Made by a program: the position numbers and the translations under genes. From Cycas panzhihuaensis (lineage: Eukaryota > Plantae > Cycadophyta), in contig CM041465.1 of assembly GCA_023213395.1 (NCBI GenBank), forward strand, positions 149,241,741-149,305,740: 64,000 nt of DNA, written 5' to 3'. This document shows, piece by piece, positions 28,301 through 40,792 of the stretch. The notes under the pieces are model-generated. The model made no database searches. It saw only the letters and a program-made list of their open reading frames with translations, and was not told where the DNA came from. Every line of letters begins with the position of its first letter. Positions within the stretch are counted from its first letter, which is position 1.

Positions 28301-29444
28301 TACAATCCTAATTTTATGTGTAAGTTAAAAAAAAAATTATATGGTCTAAAACAAGCTCCCCAAGCTTGATACATTAAAATTGATGACTATCTTATATAGA
28401 ATGGGTACACTAAATGTGTTAGTGACCATAATCTCTATTTTAAATATAAAAATGATAATATTACCATTTTAATCCTTTACACAAATGATATAATCATAAC
28501 TAGATCTTTAATATCTAGTATTCATCAATTAAAATCTATCTTAATGAACAAATTTGAAATGACTGACTTAGGTCTTTTACATTACTTTCTAGGTTTACAA
28601 ATTTGTCAAACTAACTCTAAAATAACTATCTCTTAACTATATTTTAGATTTAATCAAAAGGTTTAACATGGAAAATACCAAACCGGCCTCAAACCCTCTA
28701 TAATTAGGTGTTAAAATATCAATTGATTATCTTACACCTCTATGTGACCCTACTATATATTGTCAACTCATAGGTAGTTTAATTTACCAAACCTATACTT
28801 GCCTAGACATATCTTATATTATTGCTCTCTACTACTGATACATGCAAAAATCTCACAAGTCATATCGGAAAGCTACAAAAAGGATTTTAAGATACCTACA
28901 AAGTATAATATTCTATGGATTAACCTATAACTCTTATAGCACTAATCTAAAATTAATAGGTTATACAAACTCAAATTGTGTAGGAGACTCTGATGACTAT
29001 AAATGAACAATTGATTATATTTTCTTTCTAGACTCTTCTCCAATTACTTAGTCTAGCAAGAAAATGAAAGTATTAGCCCTATCCATAATCGAAGATGAAT
29101 ATCAAGTACTTGTTGAAGTTAGTAAAGAATCACTCTAGCTTAAATCCCTATTAAGTGAACTTGGATTATTTCCTAACTCTTCTATTGAAATTAATGTTGA
29201 TAATCAAGGTGTAATATTTATTGTTGCTAATCCTATTACATATTCTAAAATAAAACACATAGAATTACATCAACATTTTATACATAATATTGTAAATGAT
29301 GAAACTATTCACTTATCTTACTATCCTACAGACTTGTAGATTACAAATATTCTTATAAAACCATTGACAGAAGTAAAGTTTCTAAAGCTTAGAGAATTAT
29401 TGAAGATTAAAGAAGTCTTTATCAAAGGGGGATCATCATGCTAA
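25372..29444 (+). pseudogene. E4 gag-pol (gag, PR, INT, RT, RNase H in Copia order), many premature stops
   Basis: LTGSNYVD (gag), WILDSGASCHMT (PR), LIHSDICGP, YTPQQNSV (INT), KKLYGLKQAP, MTDLGLLHYFLG (RT), KIKHIEL..HFI (RH). Confidence 0.93.
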
Positions 29445-29507
29445 AGTCTTCTTCTATCTTTTGTTCCTTTTATCTTCTATTGTACAAAAGATAACATTAA
29501 AGGGGGA

Positions 29508-29915
29508 TGTTAGAATAATATTATATTTATATAATGTTATCTTTATAAAGATATTTATTAAAGTTACTTTATGATTATTATTTGGTTTATTAAAATTGAT
29601 AACTGTTCATTTCAATGAACCTCTTCCTATTTATCTCTTCCTATATTTTAGGAAGATGGTCAGGAGGTTAGGAGGCTAGTTTGTACATAGGGTATGCTGG
29701 TAACCAGAGAGAGGATGAGATCCTCATCTTCATCAATCACTATAATGTATATTATATTTAATATTATTTAAACTATTTTAGGAGGTGTTTTTTAATCCCC
29801 CAAAGGGGTTTTCTACCTATCAGTTATGGTGCATTTACTTATGATTATTATATCTACAAATTTATGATTTACTAATATAAAACCTATGCTTGAAAATTAA
29901 TCCTTTTCTCTTACA
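29508..29915 (+). repeat. E4 3' LTR
   Basis: Aligns with 23046-23459. Confidence 0.95.
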
Positions 29916-31257
29916 CCATCCATAGTTGTTTCCTCTCAATAACCTCTTTTTCACAATATTTCCTCAATTTTAAAGTCCTAAGAATGAAATATTTTATTTA
30001 AGCACCTTTTTTCAACAGGTTTATAATACATATAACTCATTTTATGTGGTATGACTGACTGCACACTTGTATTTACACCAATGACATTTAAAACCTATTA
30101 ATTTTTAATATTTTTCAAGGTTTTAAAATTTAGAGCCTTAATATTTATTAATCACATCTTTTTCTTGGCTACCCAACCTGTATGGATTACCTGCAACTTT
30201 ATTTTATTACCATATGACTTGTGCATACCTCATTTGTAATTGTGCCCTTATCTTTAGTGTTATTTATGCCTAATTTATAGTTGTTATTTGCTTCTATGCA
30301 TTTTTTAAACCTTCTACAGCCTCTCATTGATAAATGGACCTTTCTATTATCTTTTATGCCTTCATAACCTACAGTATAGTAGTTCCCTATATCAAATTTG
30401 TTCGCATGAAGTCTTTATAGCAATTTCATTGATGATTAATTGATAAAGTTACATTTCATAAAGTTTTAAAAGTTATTTGTTTACTGTAGGTCCCATAATA
30501 AAACCTATATAACTCAGCAACCACTAAGCACTAGATCTCAACCTCACCAAGTCATATATAATGTTTAATATGACTAAGTTTAATTTTATAAAAAAGGTGA
30601 AAGGAATTTTTTAGGGTAACTATTGAAGAACATAACCTACCTCTACTCTGGGCACCATAACTTTCATCAACAAGGTCAGAAATTACTTCTATTTGTACCA
30701 GATTAAATTATGCTCATATGATCAAAATAAGTAGTCACACAACCACCTTTGATTTTAGTTTGATAGACTTTTTAATGAGTGAAGTTGAAGTAATTCATTT
30801 TTTAGCCTTTTTTATTATTATTATTATTATTTTTTTTTTTTGGCAAAAGTTTCTAATGCATATCTTTGTAATATGATATTAGAATTGAGTCCTATCTAAA
30901 GTGTTGGACTCTATTTTATATTTTTTAAAGGGTTGTGAAGTCAAAAAAAAAATTAAAATCATTTTATATACTAGTTTTATCCTCTAAAAAGGCTCTAGTG
31001 AAGGGCTTCCTACATGATGACCCTTGTATAAACTAATGAAAAAGCATATTATAACCTCTCATTAATAAAAGTTATTGCTTGTTGAGGTGGTTGGAGTCCC
31101 AATTAAGATATTTGTGTATGTCCTAAAGGTGAAGTATGACATATTATGTGTTTGTTAAGTGTACTTATATTGCCTTTCTTTGGTGCTTTGATTGCATTTC
31201 TTTACCTTCAAGCACTTCACATTTTGAGTAATATTTCAAGGCAATTTTCTCTTTATA

Positions 31258-33279
31258 ATGACAACAAATCTTGGGGATGTTATTATACCTAAGTTAGATG
31301 GATTAAATTTTCTCAATTGGAGTAAACAGATAGGGCCTACTTTTATTGCAAAGGACATGTGGGAACTTGTTGATATAGGATATAAAAAAATTAATGAAAT
31401 TGCCAACAAAAATAAAAAGAAGAGCTACAAGGAGAATGCCAACAAGGACAATGAAGTACTGGCATTTAATTTTTGCACACTAGAAGATTACATCTTTCCT
31501 AGAGTTAGTGAAGCTATAACATCTAAGGAGGCTTAGGACATCCTCAAAATAATATATAAAGGAGCAACATCTTCTAAGTTATAAACACTTAAGAGCAAGT
31601 TTAAAAACTTAAGGATGACAGCTAGGGAAGGAGTTAATAAGTTCATTACCAAAGTTCAAGATTTGGTAAATCAAATGAGATCTTTAAAAGAAGTGATAAG
31701 TGAGTAAAGGATTATGGAAAATATTTTAAGGTGTGTTAGATAAATTAAAAGATTTGAAATGATGGCAATAAGTATTGAAGTATTTAAAGACCTTAGCATA
31801 CTTAGAATTGATCAATTAAGTGTTATGCTCTTAACTATTGAGAAAAAGAAAGGGGGCAATGAATCCCTTAAATATGTCTTTACCAAAAAGGTTAGAATTA
31901 GGCAAAACTTTTAAGGACAAAGTTTTAGGGTAAGGGGCTAATCCCTTAGAGAAAGAGGACAACTAAGAAATTAAGGGCAAGGTTTTCAAAACTATCAAGG
32001 CTACTAAGGATAAGGTAACTTCTAAGGTTAAGGGAATTTTTAAGGCCCAAATCAAGGCTTTCAAGTGAAAAATCAAAGGTATTTTTAAGGCCAAGGATAA
32101 GGCCAAAACTTTAGAAGAGGAAGAGGAACTTCTAGAGGAAGAAGTCAAAGTCAAAGAGGAAGAGGAAGAGGAACTATCTAATTTTCCTTTTGTCATAGAA
32201 TGGGTCACTTAGAAGAAAGTTGCTTTACTAAGCATATAAATACTCAAAGGGTGACCACTAATACATTAATTGAAGAAAGGGGTAATGATAGAAAGGTCCC
32301 CCTTACTTTGGAACTTTGTACCAAGAGTGGCTAGAGTTTCTCCTCTAGATATCAAAAAAAAGAAAAAGAAAGGGGTATAATAGATTATTTCTCTCAAGTC
32401 TAGTAGGTAGTGAAGAAGATGATAATTGGTATGTCAACTTGGGATGTTCAACTCACATGACTCATAAAGAAGAATTATTCAAAGAGATGGATAAATCCAA
32501 GAAAGGTATAATCATGTTTGGGGATAATACTACCTATGTTACAGATGAAAAATGCAATATGTCTATAATAACTGAATGAGAAAAAACTAGAAGTATAAAT
32601 GATGTTTTACATGTTTAGCTCTAAAGAAGAACCTACTCTAAATGGGTTAGATGATGGAGTAAAAGTATAAGGTTATATTTTATAATAGTAAATGTATAAT
32701 CAAGGATAGTTTAAGAAATAAAGTAATTATAGGAAAAGGATAAATAACTAGTAATAAGCTATTTAAACTAGTCATTCATCCATTAGATTCTTATACCTTA
32801 AAGGCCTCAACCAATGTTAATAGTGAAGCATGGCATAAAAGATTTAGCCATGTAAATTATAACAACTTAGCCTTGATGAAAAGAATAGGGATGGTGATTG
32901 AGTTTCCTACTATAGAAATAAGTAAAGAAATTTGTAAAGGTTGTACACTTGGAAAACAACAAAGGGAAAGTTTTCTAAACGAAAGCTATAGGGATTATAG
33001 GCCCCTTTAATTGGTTATACAAATCTATATGGTCCTATGGATATGTGTTCATTAGGTGGAGCTAGGTACTTCATAAGTTTTAGTGATGACTTCACTAGAA
33101 AGACTTAGTTATATTTTATCAAGTTTAAATTAGATACTTTTCAATGCTTTATTGACTTCAAAACTTTAGTTGAGAAAACAAATATCCTTAGATTTCTTAC
33201 CCTAAGATTAGATAATGGGGGAGAATTTATTTCAAATAAATTTAAGGCATATTGTAAGCTCACTAGTCCTTATACTCCA
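31258..33279 (+). pseudogene. E5 gag-protease-integrase (5' part)
   Basis: ORF 31258-31536 PKLDGLNFLNWS...DMWELV (Copia gag), G/Q/R-rich linker, CHRMGHLEESC knuckle, WYVNLGCSTHMT protease, LRLDNGGEF integrase. Confidence 0.9.
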
Positions 33280-35714
33280 TATTTCCTAGCTTCTAGGAAT
33301 AGCGTTAACATGACAACACAAGTAAGTGCAGGTATGCATCTTCATCCTTGTTGCCCATCACATTTATTATGTCATTTTGATTTATGTGATGTATTAGTTG
33401 ATTAGTGGGCGTATGTTACTTGTATATTTTACTTGATTACGTCCCATCCTATGCCAATGATAACTAGGGCTCTGGTCTAATGGCCTTAGAGCCCCATATG
33501 TCAGGTTATTAGTTGGAAAGAGAACCTCTTTGCATCCCTACAACTCTCTTTTTAGGTACATTATTGTTCATTTGGTCCTATTTCTCCCCCATAGATATTA
33601 ATCACCCCTTTTTTCAAGTTTTGGAACTAGTTTTTGGGAGTTAGATGGCCTTAGGGAAAGGTTTAGGCCCCTTTTTCATAGTCTATTATTGCATTGCTAC
33701 CATTTTTAGCACAAAAAGTGGTATTACATAGCAATTTGTGATACCATAGATTTGTCTATAATACAACTATTATAGCTCCTAGTTGCATCTATAATGGCTA
33801 AATGACTCTTTTTATTTCTATGTTTGGTGGGCCCAGGGTGCCACATCAACCCAAGTTGGCTTACTGCACCCTAAAGAACCTCATTGGACCTCCAAAGTCA
33901 TTTTTTATTCATTTTTTCTTAAGAATTGAATCTCCCTCCTTAACTCCATCTATGGTGTTGGGTAGTGGTTTTTACACCTTATGGGTATGAAACCACTACC
34001 CCCTCACTTTGCTTTCTCCTATAAAACCCCTCCAATTTGAGGGTAGGATATCACACATCTTCCATTCTTCTTACAATACCAAAATTCTTCCACAACAACC
34101 CTTATATTCTTGATACAACTTGTATGCTTTGGATCTAAGGTGAAGAAGTTGGAGATCAACCCTAATGCAAGTAAGGGATTATTAAAGAGCTTCATGTTAG
34201 CTGGTATCATTTCTTATCTCTCCATTGGATTGGGCATCTTCCATCCTACCTTGGTTTTCCATTTTATGAGACTCCCTATCACCCTTTTTTCTTCATGCTT
34301 TGTTGTTATTATATTACATAGGTAGGGTTATGTGATTTTTGGTAATTTTCTTTCATTATCATGGTAGAAGATAGGCTTGATCTCTCCTTCCCTTTTATCT
34401 ACACCATCTATTGAGTTACAGGTTTGTGTTGGAGAGGTTTTCCTTAGTATAACTAAGAAAATTGCTCATATAAGGGAGGTCGGGCCATTCTGAGACACCT
34501 CTTCCCTCCTTGCTTCATATTTATTTTTGTTGTCATTCTACTATTTGTTACATATGCATGCATACATACTTTATAACTATATATTAGGTAACTTTTTCAT
34601 GTAATTGGATTTTTTAAAAAATTGTTAGGGTAGCTTTTTCTCTAGATCTAATTTATAGGTAAGGAAAGGAATAATCCTCCACCATTCATATTATGGTTTG
34701 AATAAGGTGCACCTCAATAAGGTGAGTGCCCCCCATTTCTTGCACTTGTTGTTGCATTATTCTTTTACTTCCAACTTTTGTGTTTTCTATCTGTTGTCTC
34801 TTCCATTTAGGGTGGGTAAGTGGAGCCCTCTTATTCTACTTCAACTAATAATGTAGGCATCATAAATGAGAATGAAGAGAGGTGAGGAGGAGTGATGTGA
34901 CCAACTATCAATTAAGCCCAAGTGCACCTCTTTCCCCTTCTCTTTGATTATTTTATATTCTTATTATCATCATTATTATTATTATTATTACTCTACTCCC
35001 TATTATAAGAATTTCTCCCCCTTATTGTTCATTCCTTTTTAGTTGCATCATCATTAAAGAGCGAAGATAAGGGATAGGAAAGGGTTTCTTGCATAGTGAA
35101 AATAAAGGAAAATTAATTTGTAAGGAAGAAAATAGGTTTTATTTCCTTGTTGTTTTAGCAAAAAGGAATATTAAAAGCAAGGGTATTTTGGGCTAGGGTT
35201 TCATATAGGAAATTTTCCTTCACCTTTCTCCCTCGTGTTCCTCCCTTATTTACATCTTTTTCCTTTTTCTTAATCGGTATGTATGTTTCTTTTTAAAAGG
35301 GAAAGAAGAGAGTGTTGAAGGAAAAAGCTATGAGGTTTCTTTACTTACTTTATACCTATCTTTCTTTTTTCCTTTTTTTTCTTGTTCTAAATAACATAAC
35401 AACAAAAACCCAACCATACCTCTCTTGTTCTACCAAGTAGGTTTGTGCCTCTCTCTCTCTTTCTCCCCTTTTTTCTATTTGCTATGTTTGACCCTTACTA
35501 AGGGATTTTGCCCAACTATGGCCCCTTCCTCCAAAACCCTAAGCAAAGGGAAAGGGACCGCGCCTGTGTGTTTTTAAATATACACCCCTGAGGTGCAAGA
35601 GTGCCCTACGTGGGCCACATAAGACTCTTTTACACCCCATACTAGGCCCCACACCGTAGGCCTAGCTCTCCACAGTGTTTATTATCTTAGGTACCCCTGG
35701 CAGGAGAGATCTCA
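33280..35714 (+). repeat. E6 5' LTR
   Basis: Colinear with 43973-46440; TATA CCTATAAAA at ~34018. Confidence 0.94.
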
Positions 35715-35715
35715 C

Positions 35716-35735
35716 TAGCGATCGCATTGGGGATC
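35716..35735 (+). promoter_or_regulatory. E6 PBS, tRNA-Arg-like (Tat/Ogre type)
   Basis: TAGCGATCGCATTGGGGATC resembles TGGCGACTCCACTGGGGATC. Confidence 0.7.
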
Positions 35736-37199
35736 ATAAATTAGAATGATTTAGGTTTCCTTTAGCTTTATTGTGAACCTTTTTCTTTGTATAAGGCCTA
35801 TTAGGTTGTCTTTCTTTTAGATTTCTTATTTGTTACTTATTTTCCTTCTTAGTCCTCTCTACTTCCTTATGTGGAGTGGTTCACCCTTTAATTTGATGTT
35901 TCTCATATGGCTTACATGGTTTATCTCTTATTGAAGTAGAGCATATTTATTCCTCCATTCCTCTATATGACCAAGAATCACCAATGGAGAGTTATCCTTC
36001 TGATTGGGCTAATGACCCTTATGCTTTGGATTGGCCTCATCTTAAGGCCCCTTCCTCTAAGTATGATCTTGCCCAAGTTGGTGGGGATCCCATGTATTAT
36101 CATATTGAATCAATTAAAGGTTGCAACTTCTGCTCATGTATGTCATAGGAAGCTACCAACCTAGGGACCCTACTTCATGCCTTGAAGGGATCCCCCTCAT
36201 CTTATCCATCACATCTTAGTTGTCAAGGGGAGGTTTCCACCTCTTATGACCAATCATATGCTTCTCATGGGGACGTAGTTGACATCCTATGGGAATACTT
36301 TAAAGTTGCAACTATGCAACCACTCCATAAGTGGTTGAAAAGGTTCCTTTAAACTTTGGCTCATTCGTCTTCTATTATCCCCCCCTCCCTCATCCATTCC
36401 TTTTGCTTCCTCTACCCTTTAAGAAGTAGTTTCAAAAGGGCATATTTTTGCATGCATCTCTCCTAGCTAATTGGTCACTTCAGGTATATAAACCCCTCAA
36501 GCGAGGGTAAGTATGCCTTCACTTCCAAATAATATACCCCAACCTATTACAACACTAGCCCCTTCTTTTCCTTCAACTGTGCTCCTCCTTGCACACCATG
36601 TGGGACATGTGGACATAACTTCCATTCATCCATAGCCACAAACCATGGATCCTTCACTCTACATTTCTCTAGGGTACACATTTTAACCTTGGGCACATGG
36701 GGGAACAAACCCCCTTCCTACGTATGGGGTCGATCCCCTTTATCCTTATGGGGTTGCCCCTCCCCTTGGGGGTCCATATAGGCAAAACCCCATTCCCCAT
36801 TCTACATTTTTTCAACCTTGCTCTATGACTTACATAGGTTTATCTTCACATGTCTACCCATCTTCTCTTACAAAAGCATGTCCTCAATCCTTATATTTTT
36901 ATATGTTTTATCCCTGAGGTATGGCGAAGCCCTCTTGCCCACCTCCTTATCCAATGATTCCTTATTTAGGGGCCACATATTCTTGTCCATTAGGAGGGAT
37001 AGCCTACCCTCCTAGCTCTTATGCCACTTATCAATAAGGGTATCATCCTTATGATGCCACCCCTTACCTGCCACATATTAGGGGTGGGAATCCCTATACT
37101 ACACCTCCTTATTCGTAAGTTGACCCTTTAATATAACTAGGGACTTGTCCCTTCATCGATTATTGGTCAACCCTATTGTCCATTGAGGCATTAAGAACC

Positions 37200-39238
37200 A
37201 ACCTACTGCCTCATCCTCTTGAGGTACCTAAGTTCAATGGTGCCTCTTCCCATGACCCAATTGAGCATGTCATGGAATTCACCATGGCATGCATAGACTA
37301 TTGGGCCTATGGCCATATTCTAATGAAACTTTTTCCTAAATCCCTCTAGGGAGATGCCCTTAAATGGTTATATTATCTCCCTACTCACTCCATCTCAATC
37401 TTTTATCAATTAGTTAATGAATCCATCAACTATTTCAATGTTTCTCAACCTTTTGAGAGTGGGTTCAAAACCCTACTCTCACTTAAATAAGGCCCTAAGG
37501 AACTAAATTACAACTTTGTGCAGTAATTCAATGATCTTCTTCATTCTTCCAAGCCACATTGCTTGAAGAGTTGAAGCAAGGTCTTTTTATTAATTCATTA
37601 TGCCCTAAGATATATGTTGAGGTCCTAAAGATGGGAGTGACCTCTGGTGATTCTACCATAGTTAAATGCTTGGAGTTGAAAGCTATTGAGATCGAAGTCA
37701 TTCTCAAGAAGCTTCTAAAGTAATCACAACATCATAGGGCACCCTTTACTTTATGTGACCAAAAGGAGAAATAGCCAACTTTTAGGCTTCCTGTTAGCAT
37801 AACCAATAAGACCCTAAATCCCCTTACATCTTTTATTTGATCTTTTGACCAAATGGTTAAAGATCTTAAATTGCAACTAACTTAAACCTCTCCTAAATCC
37901 CAATGTCATGTCCATCAAACTACTAAAATTTCCTTCATCTACAAATGCCAATACCACTTCTCAAAGGAAGGGGACATGATCCCCTCCTGAAAAGAAGCAG
38001 TATTCTATTCACAATGAGTGTTTCCATGATGACTCGTAGTCTTAGAAGTAACACCCTGAGCTTGGCCCATCCCACAAGCCTCCTTTATAGGGTGTTTCCA
38101 AACCTAATTTAGAGAAACTTATTCATCATGATCTATTCCCCAACCATAAGGAACAAGATCACTTTCCTTAAAATAGAAGAGTGAGGAATATGAGGCAACC
38201 TCTACCTCATTCCTTAGGTCAGGAGAAGGCCAAGACCCCTACTGATAACCCTATTAATGCTTCTCCACTTTTTATCCCTACATCTCAACATCCCTCCTCT
38301 TCTTGTTCTAGGAACAAGGAGAGGAAGGTCATCCATTTCCTTGAGCCCACCTCCATGTGCTCAGTTACATAGTCTCAAGTTACCAGAGAGGCTGGCAAAG
38401 CCTCATCTTCTTAGTAACTCCATACAGATGATCCTCTAATAGAGATCCTTGTAGTCATAAAGACTATTCCTATGTGCCCTAGGCAATATGACTTTAGAAG
38501 GGAACTTCCCTAGCCCATAGGGAATTGAATATCTTCTCCATTATTAAAAAGTCACACTTAGTTTCTATGGGAATGTCCATGATGGACATCTTGTGGAGTT
38601 GCCCTAAGAAATATGCTCTTCTTATAGAGGCTCTTGCTCATTAAGATATCCCCATCCATATTGTAGACACTACCTCTCATGGACCTTATACCATCTCATT
38701 TGACCCTCAATACCTCCTATCCCTTAATGAATAGGAACGCTATTGGTAATACCCATTCACTATCACCATTGATACTTCTAATTTGACCTTAAAGAGGACC
38801 ATCATGGATAATAGTTCCTTGATCAATACTATGCCTATATAAATGATAGAAAAGTTAGGCATAGAGGCTCTTGAGCCCATTCCTTGGAAATGTTAGGGAT
38901 ATAACTAGAGTGAGAAGTCCCCCTTGGGGATAGTGACCATCCTACTCATCATAGAGGGAAAGATTATGTAGGTAGACATAGTTGTTATCGACATCAATGC
39001 CGATTACAACCTCTTATTAGTTCATCCATGGCTCGATCAAATGGGAGTTGTCTACTCCTCGCGATTAAGGCAACTTAAATTTGCCCATGAAGGACAAGTC
39101 AAGGTTATCACTCACAAGCTTCCTCCCTCTTATATTTCTCATCCTACTTATCAGGCTCTCTTTGATGCCAATGATAGCGATCCTAATAAGCCTCTTCCCT
39201 CTTTAGAAAACCTTTTAAAGGGGTATAATTCCTACTAA
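37200..39238 (+). pseudogene. E6 gag and aspartic protease relic (Pro-rich N-terminus may extend to ~35900)
   Basis: VPKFNG..DPIEHVMEF...MKLFPKSL.GDALKW (Gypsy gag); RTIMDNSSLIN and DYNLLL..PWL (protease). Confidence 0.85.
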
Positions 39239-39789
39239 GATGAGCCCCCATCTTATCTTAAACCTAATTTAGTTAGGTTTATACCTATTGGTGTAGGTAG
39301 CTATGACTACTTAGCCATTATGAGTGACCTTGAGTTGAATATCAAGGGCCACTAACCCCCTTCATGATGTGTCACTCTTAATTCCTATACACCTAGGGAA
39401 GCCTCCCATGAGGATCCTTCCTCTCTTTCTGATCCTCCTCCCAAGACCCTTGACCATCCTTTTGGGCTATCAAGTTTAAGCTAGCACCCACCTTTACATT
39501 CCATCTGAGCCATTACACGAAGGCATATCTTCTGATATCTAACTCATGTACATATGATATCCATATGGTTTTGGCCCTCATCAAGTGCCAAGAACTTCCT
39601 AATCTAAATGACATCACCTCATGATGAGGTTTGATGTGTGTCAGGTCCCTCACCTCCTACTACCTCACCATTTGGTTCCAAATAAATACCTTCTATGCAT
39701 GATTTCAATTATGAATTTGAGCTACTATTACCCCATGATGGCCATTATTTTCATGATGTTCCCTTATTTGCTCCTACCCATAGCTTGGA

Positions 39790-40205
39790 TGGTGAGTCAT
39801 TGACTATCCATACCAATAGGGGTAGTCACAGGAACCCTAGGTAGTTAGTTATTACCTGGGTTATTCAAGATTTCCATGGGCACACTCTCATGTAATCCAA
39901 AGTTTCTTTACTTAATGCCACTAACAATAAAGCAGAATACATCACCATCATAGAAGCATTGATAGATGCATACTACTTCTATCATGGCCCCATTGCCTAT
40001 ATTATAACTCTAAGATAGTTGTGTCTCAGCTTACATAGGTTTATCACATTCATTCCCCACAATTCAGGTTCCTAGTTGCTACAGTTAGGACCCTTTTAGC
40101 TAGGTTTGCTTCTATAGATGTTCATTATACTCCACACAAACTTAACACCAAAGTTGATAACTTAGTTAATTTTATATTAGAGCATCACTTACTATTGATA
40201 AATAA
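39790..40205 (+). pseudogene. E6 archaeal-type RNase H (aRH)
   Basis: LTIHTNRGSHRNP...NATNNKAEYITIIEALID...SKIVVSQL...LNTKVDNLVN, matching RNase HI DG.SRGNPG/TNN.AEY/DS.LVV.Q/N..AD.LA; ends in a stop at 40203-40205. Confidence 0.85.
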
Positions 40206-40792
40206 CTTTCTTTTAGCCTAATAGGCCACTTATTAAGACTCATCTCCATGGTAATCTTCCCTAGCCTTGCCTCTAAGGGACATTCACTAATGAGGTAAAA
40301 CTATGGTGAGAATCCTTGGGTTCATATACCCCTCCTTTTTCTTTTGGAAGCTATGCCATGTTGTTAAAGATTCCCTCTCACTCCAAAATAAGCCTAAACT
40401 ACCCATCATAATGTGCATTCATTCCATGTAATATCATTTCATATGGATCATATATGGGCTTAGTATGCAAACTAAGGTGTCATACACTAAGTCTAATGAA
40501 ATATCAAACATAAGAAAATAAACACATACCCATACTTACAAATGATAGAATGTGTATGTCTATAAATAAAAAATTATGAGGCACTAATTGGTCCTTGTGT
40601 TTATATACATATGTGTAAAAGGATAATATACATATATAGTATTAGTGTAATGTGCTCTAGGAAGCTAGAATCCTTGTAGGGGTATAAAATCACCCATTAG
40701 GATATGCATAGCATATATACCCCTAGAGGTCCATGCTTTCCTAATCATAATATAATAGTATAAATAAAATATATATCATCCATCTTGTGCTC

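Larger units (their letters stand above)
23046..29915 (+). mobile_element. E4: full-length decayed Ty1/Copia retrotransposon with a 1.9-kb 5' leader
   Basis: LTRs 23046-23459 and 29508-29915 (TG..CA), perfect TSD CCATC, PBS TGGTATTAGAGC 23460-23471, PPT TAAAGGGGGA 29498-29507. Confidence 0.96.

Noticed and set aside
22183-30672. Possible old solo LTR (TGTTG at 22183 ... CAACA at 30672, TATA at ~22348) hosting E4
   Set aside because: The flanks ATTAT and AGGTC do not form a TSD, and there is no PBS, PPT or partner LTR.
34110-34325. ORF shared by both E6 LTRs (also 44864-45049)
   Set aside because: The similarity reflects LTR duplication; there is no domain and the starts differ.
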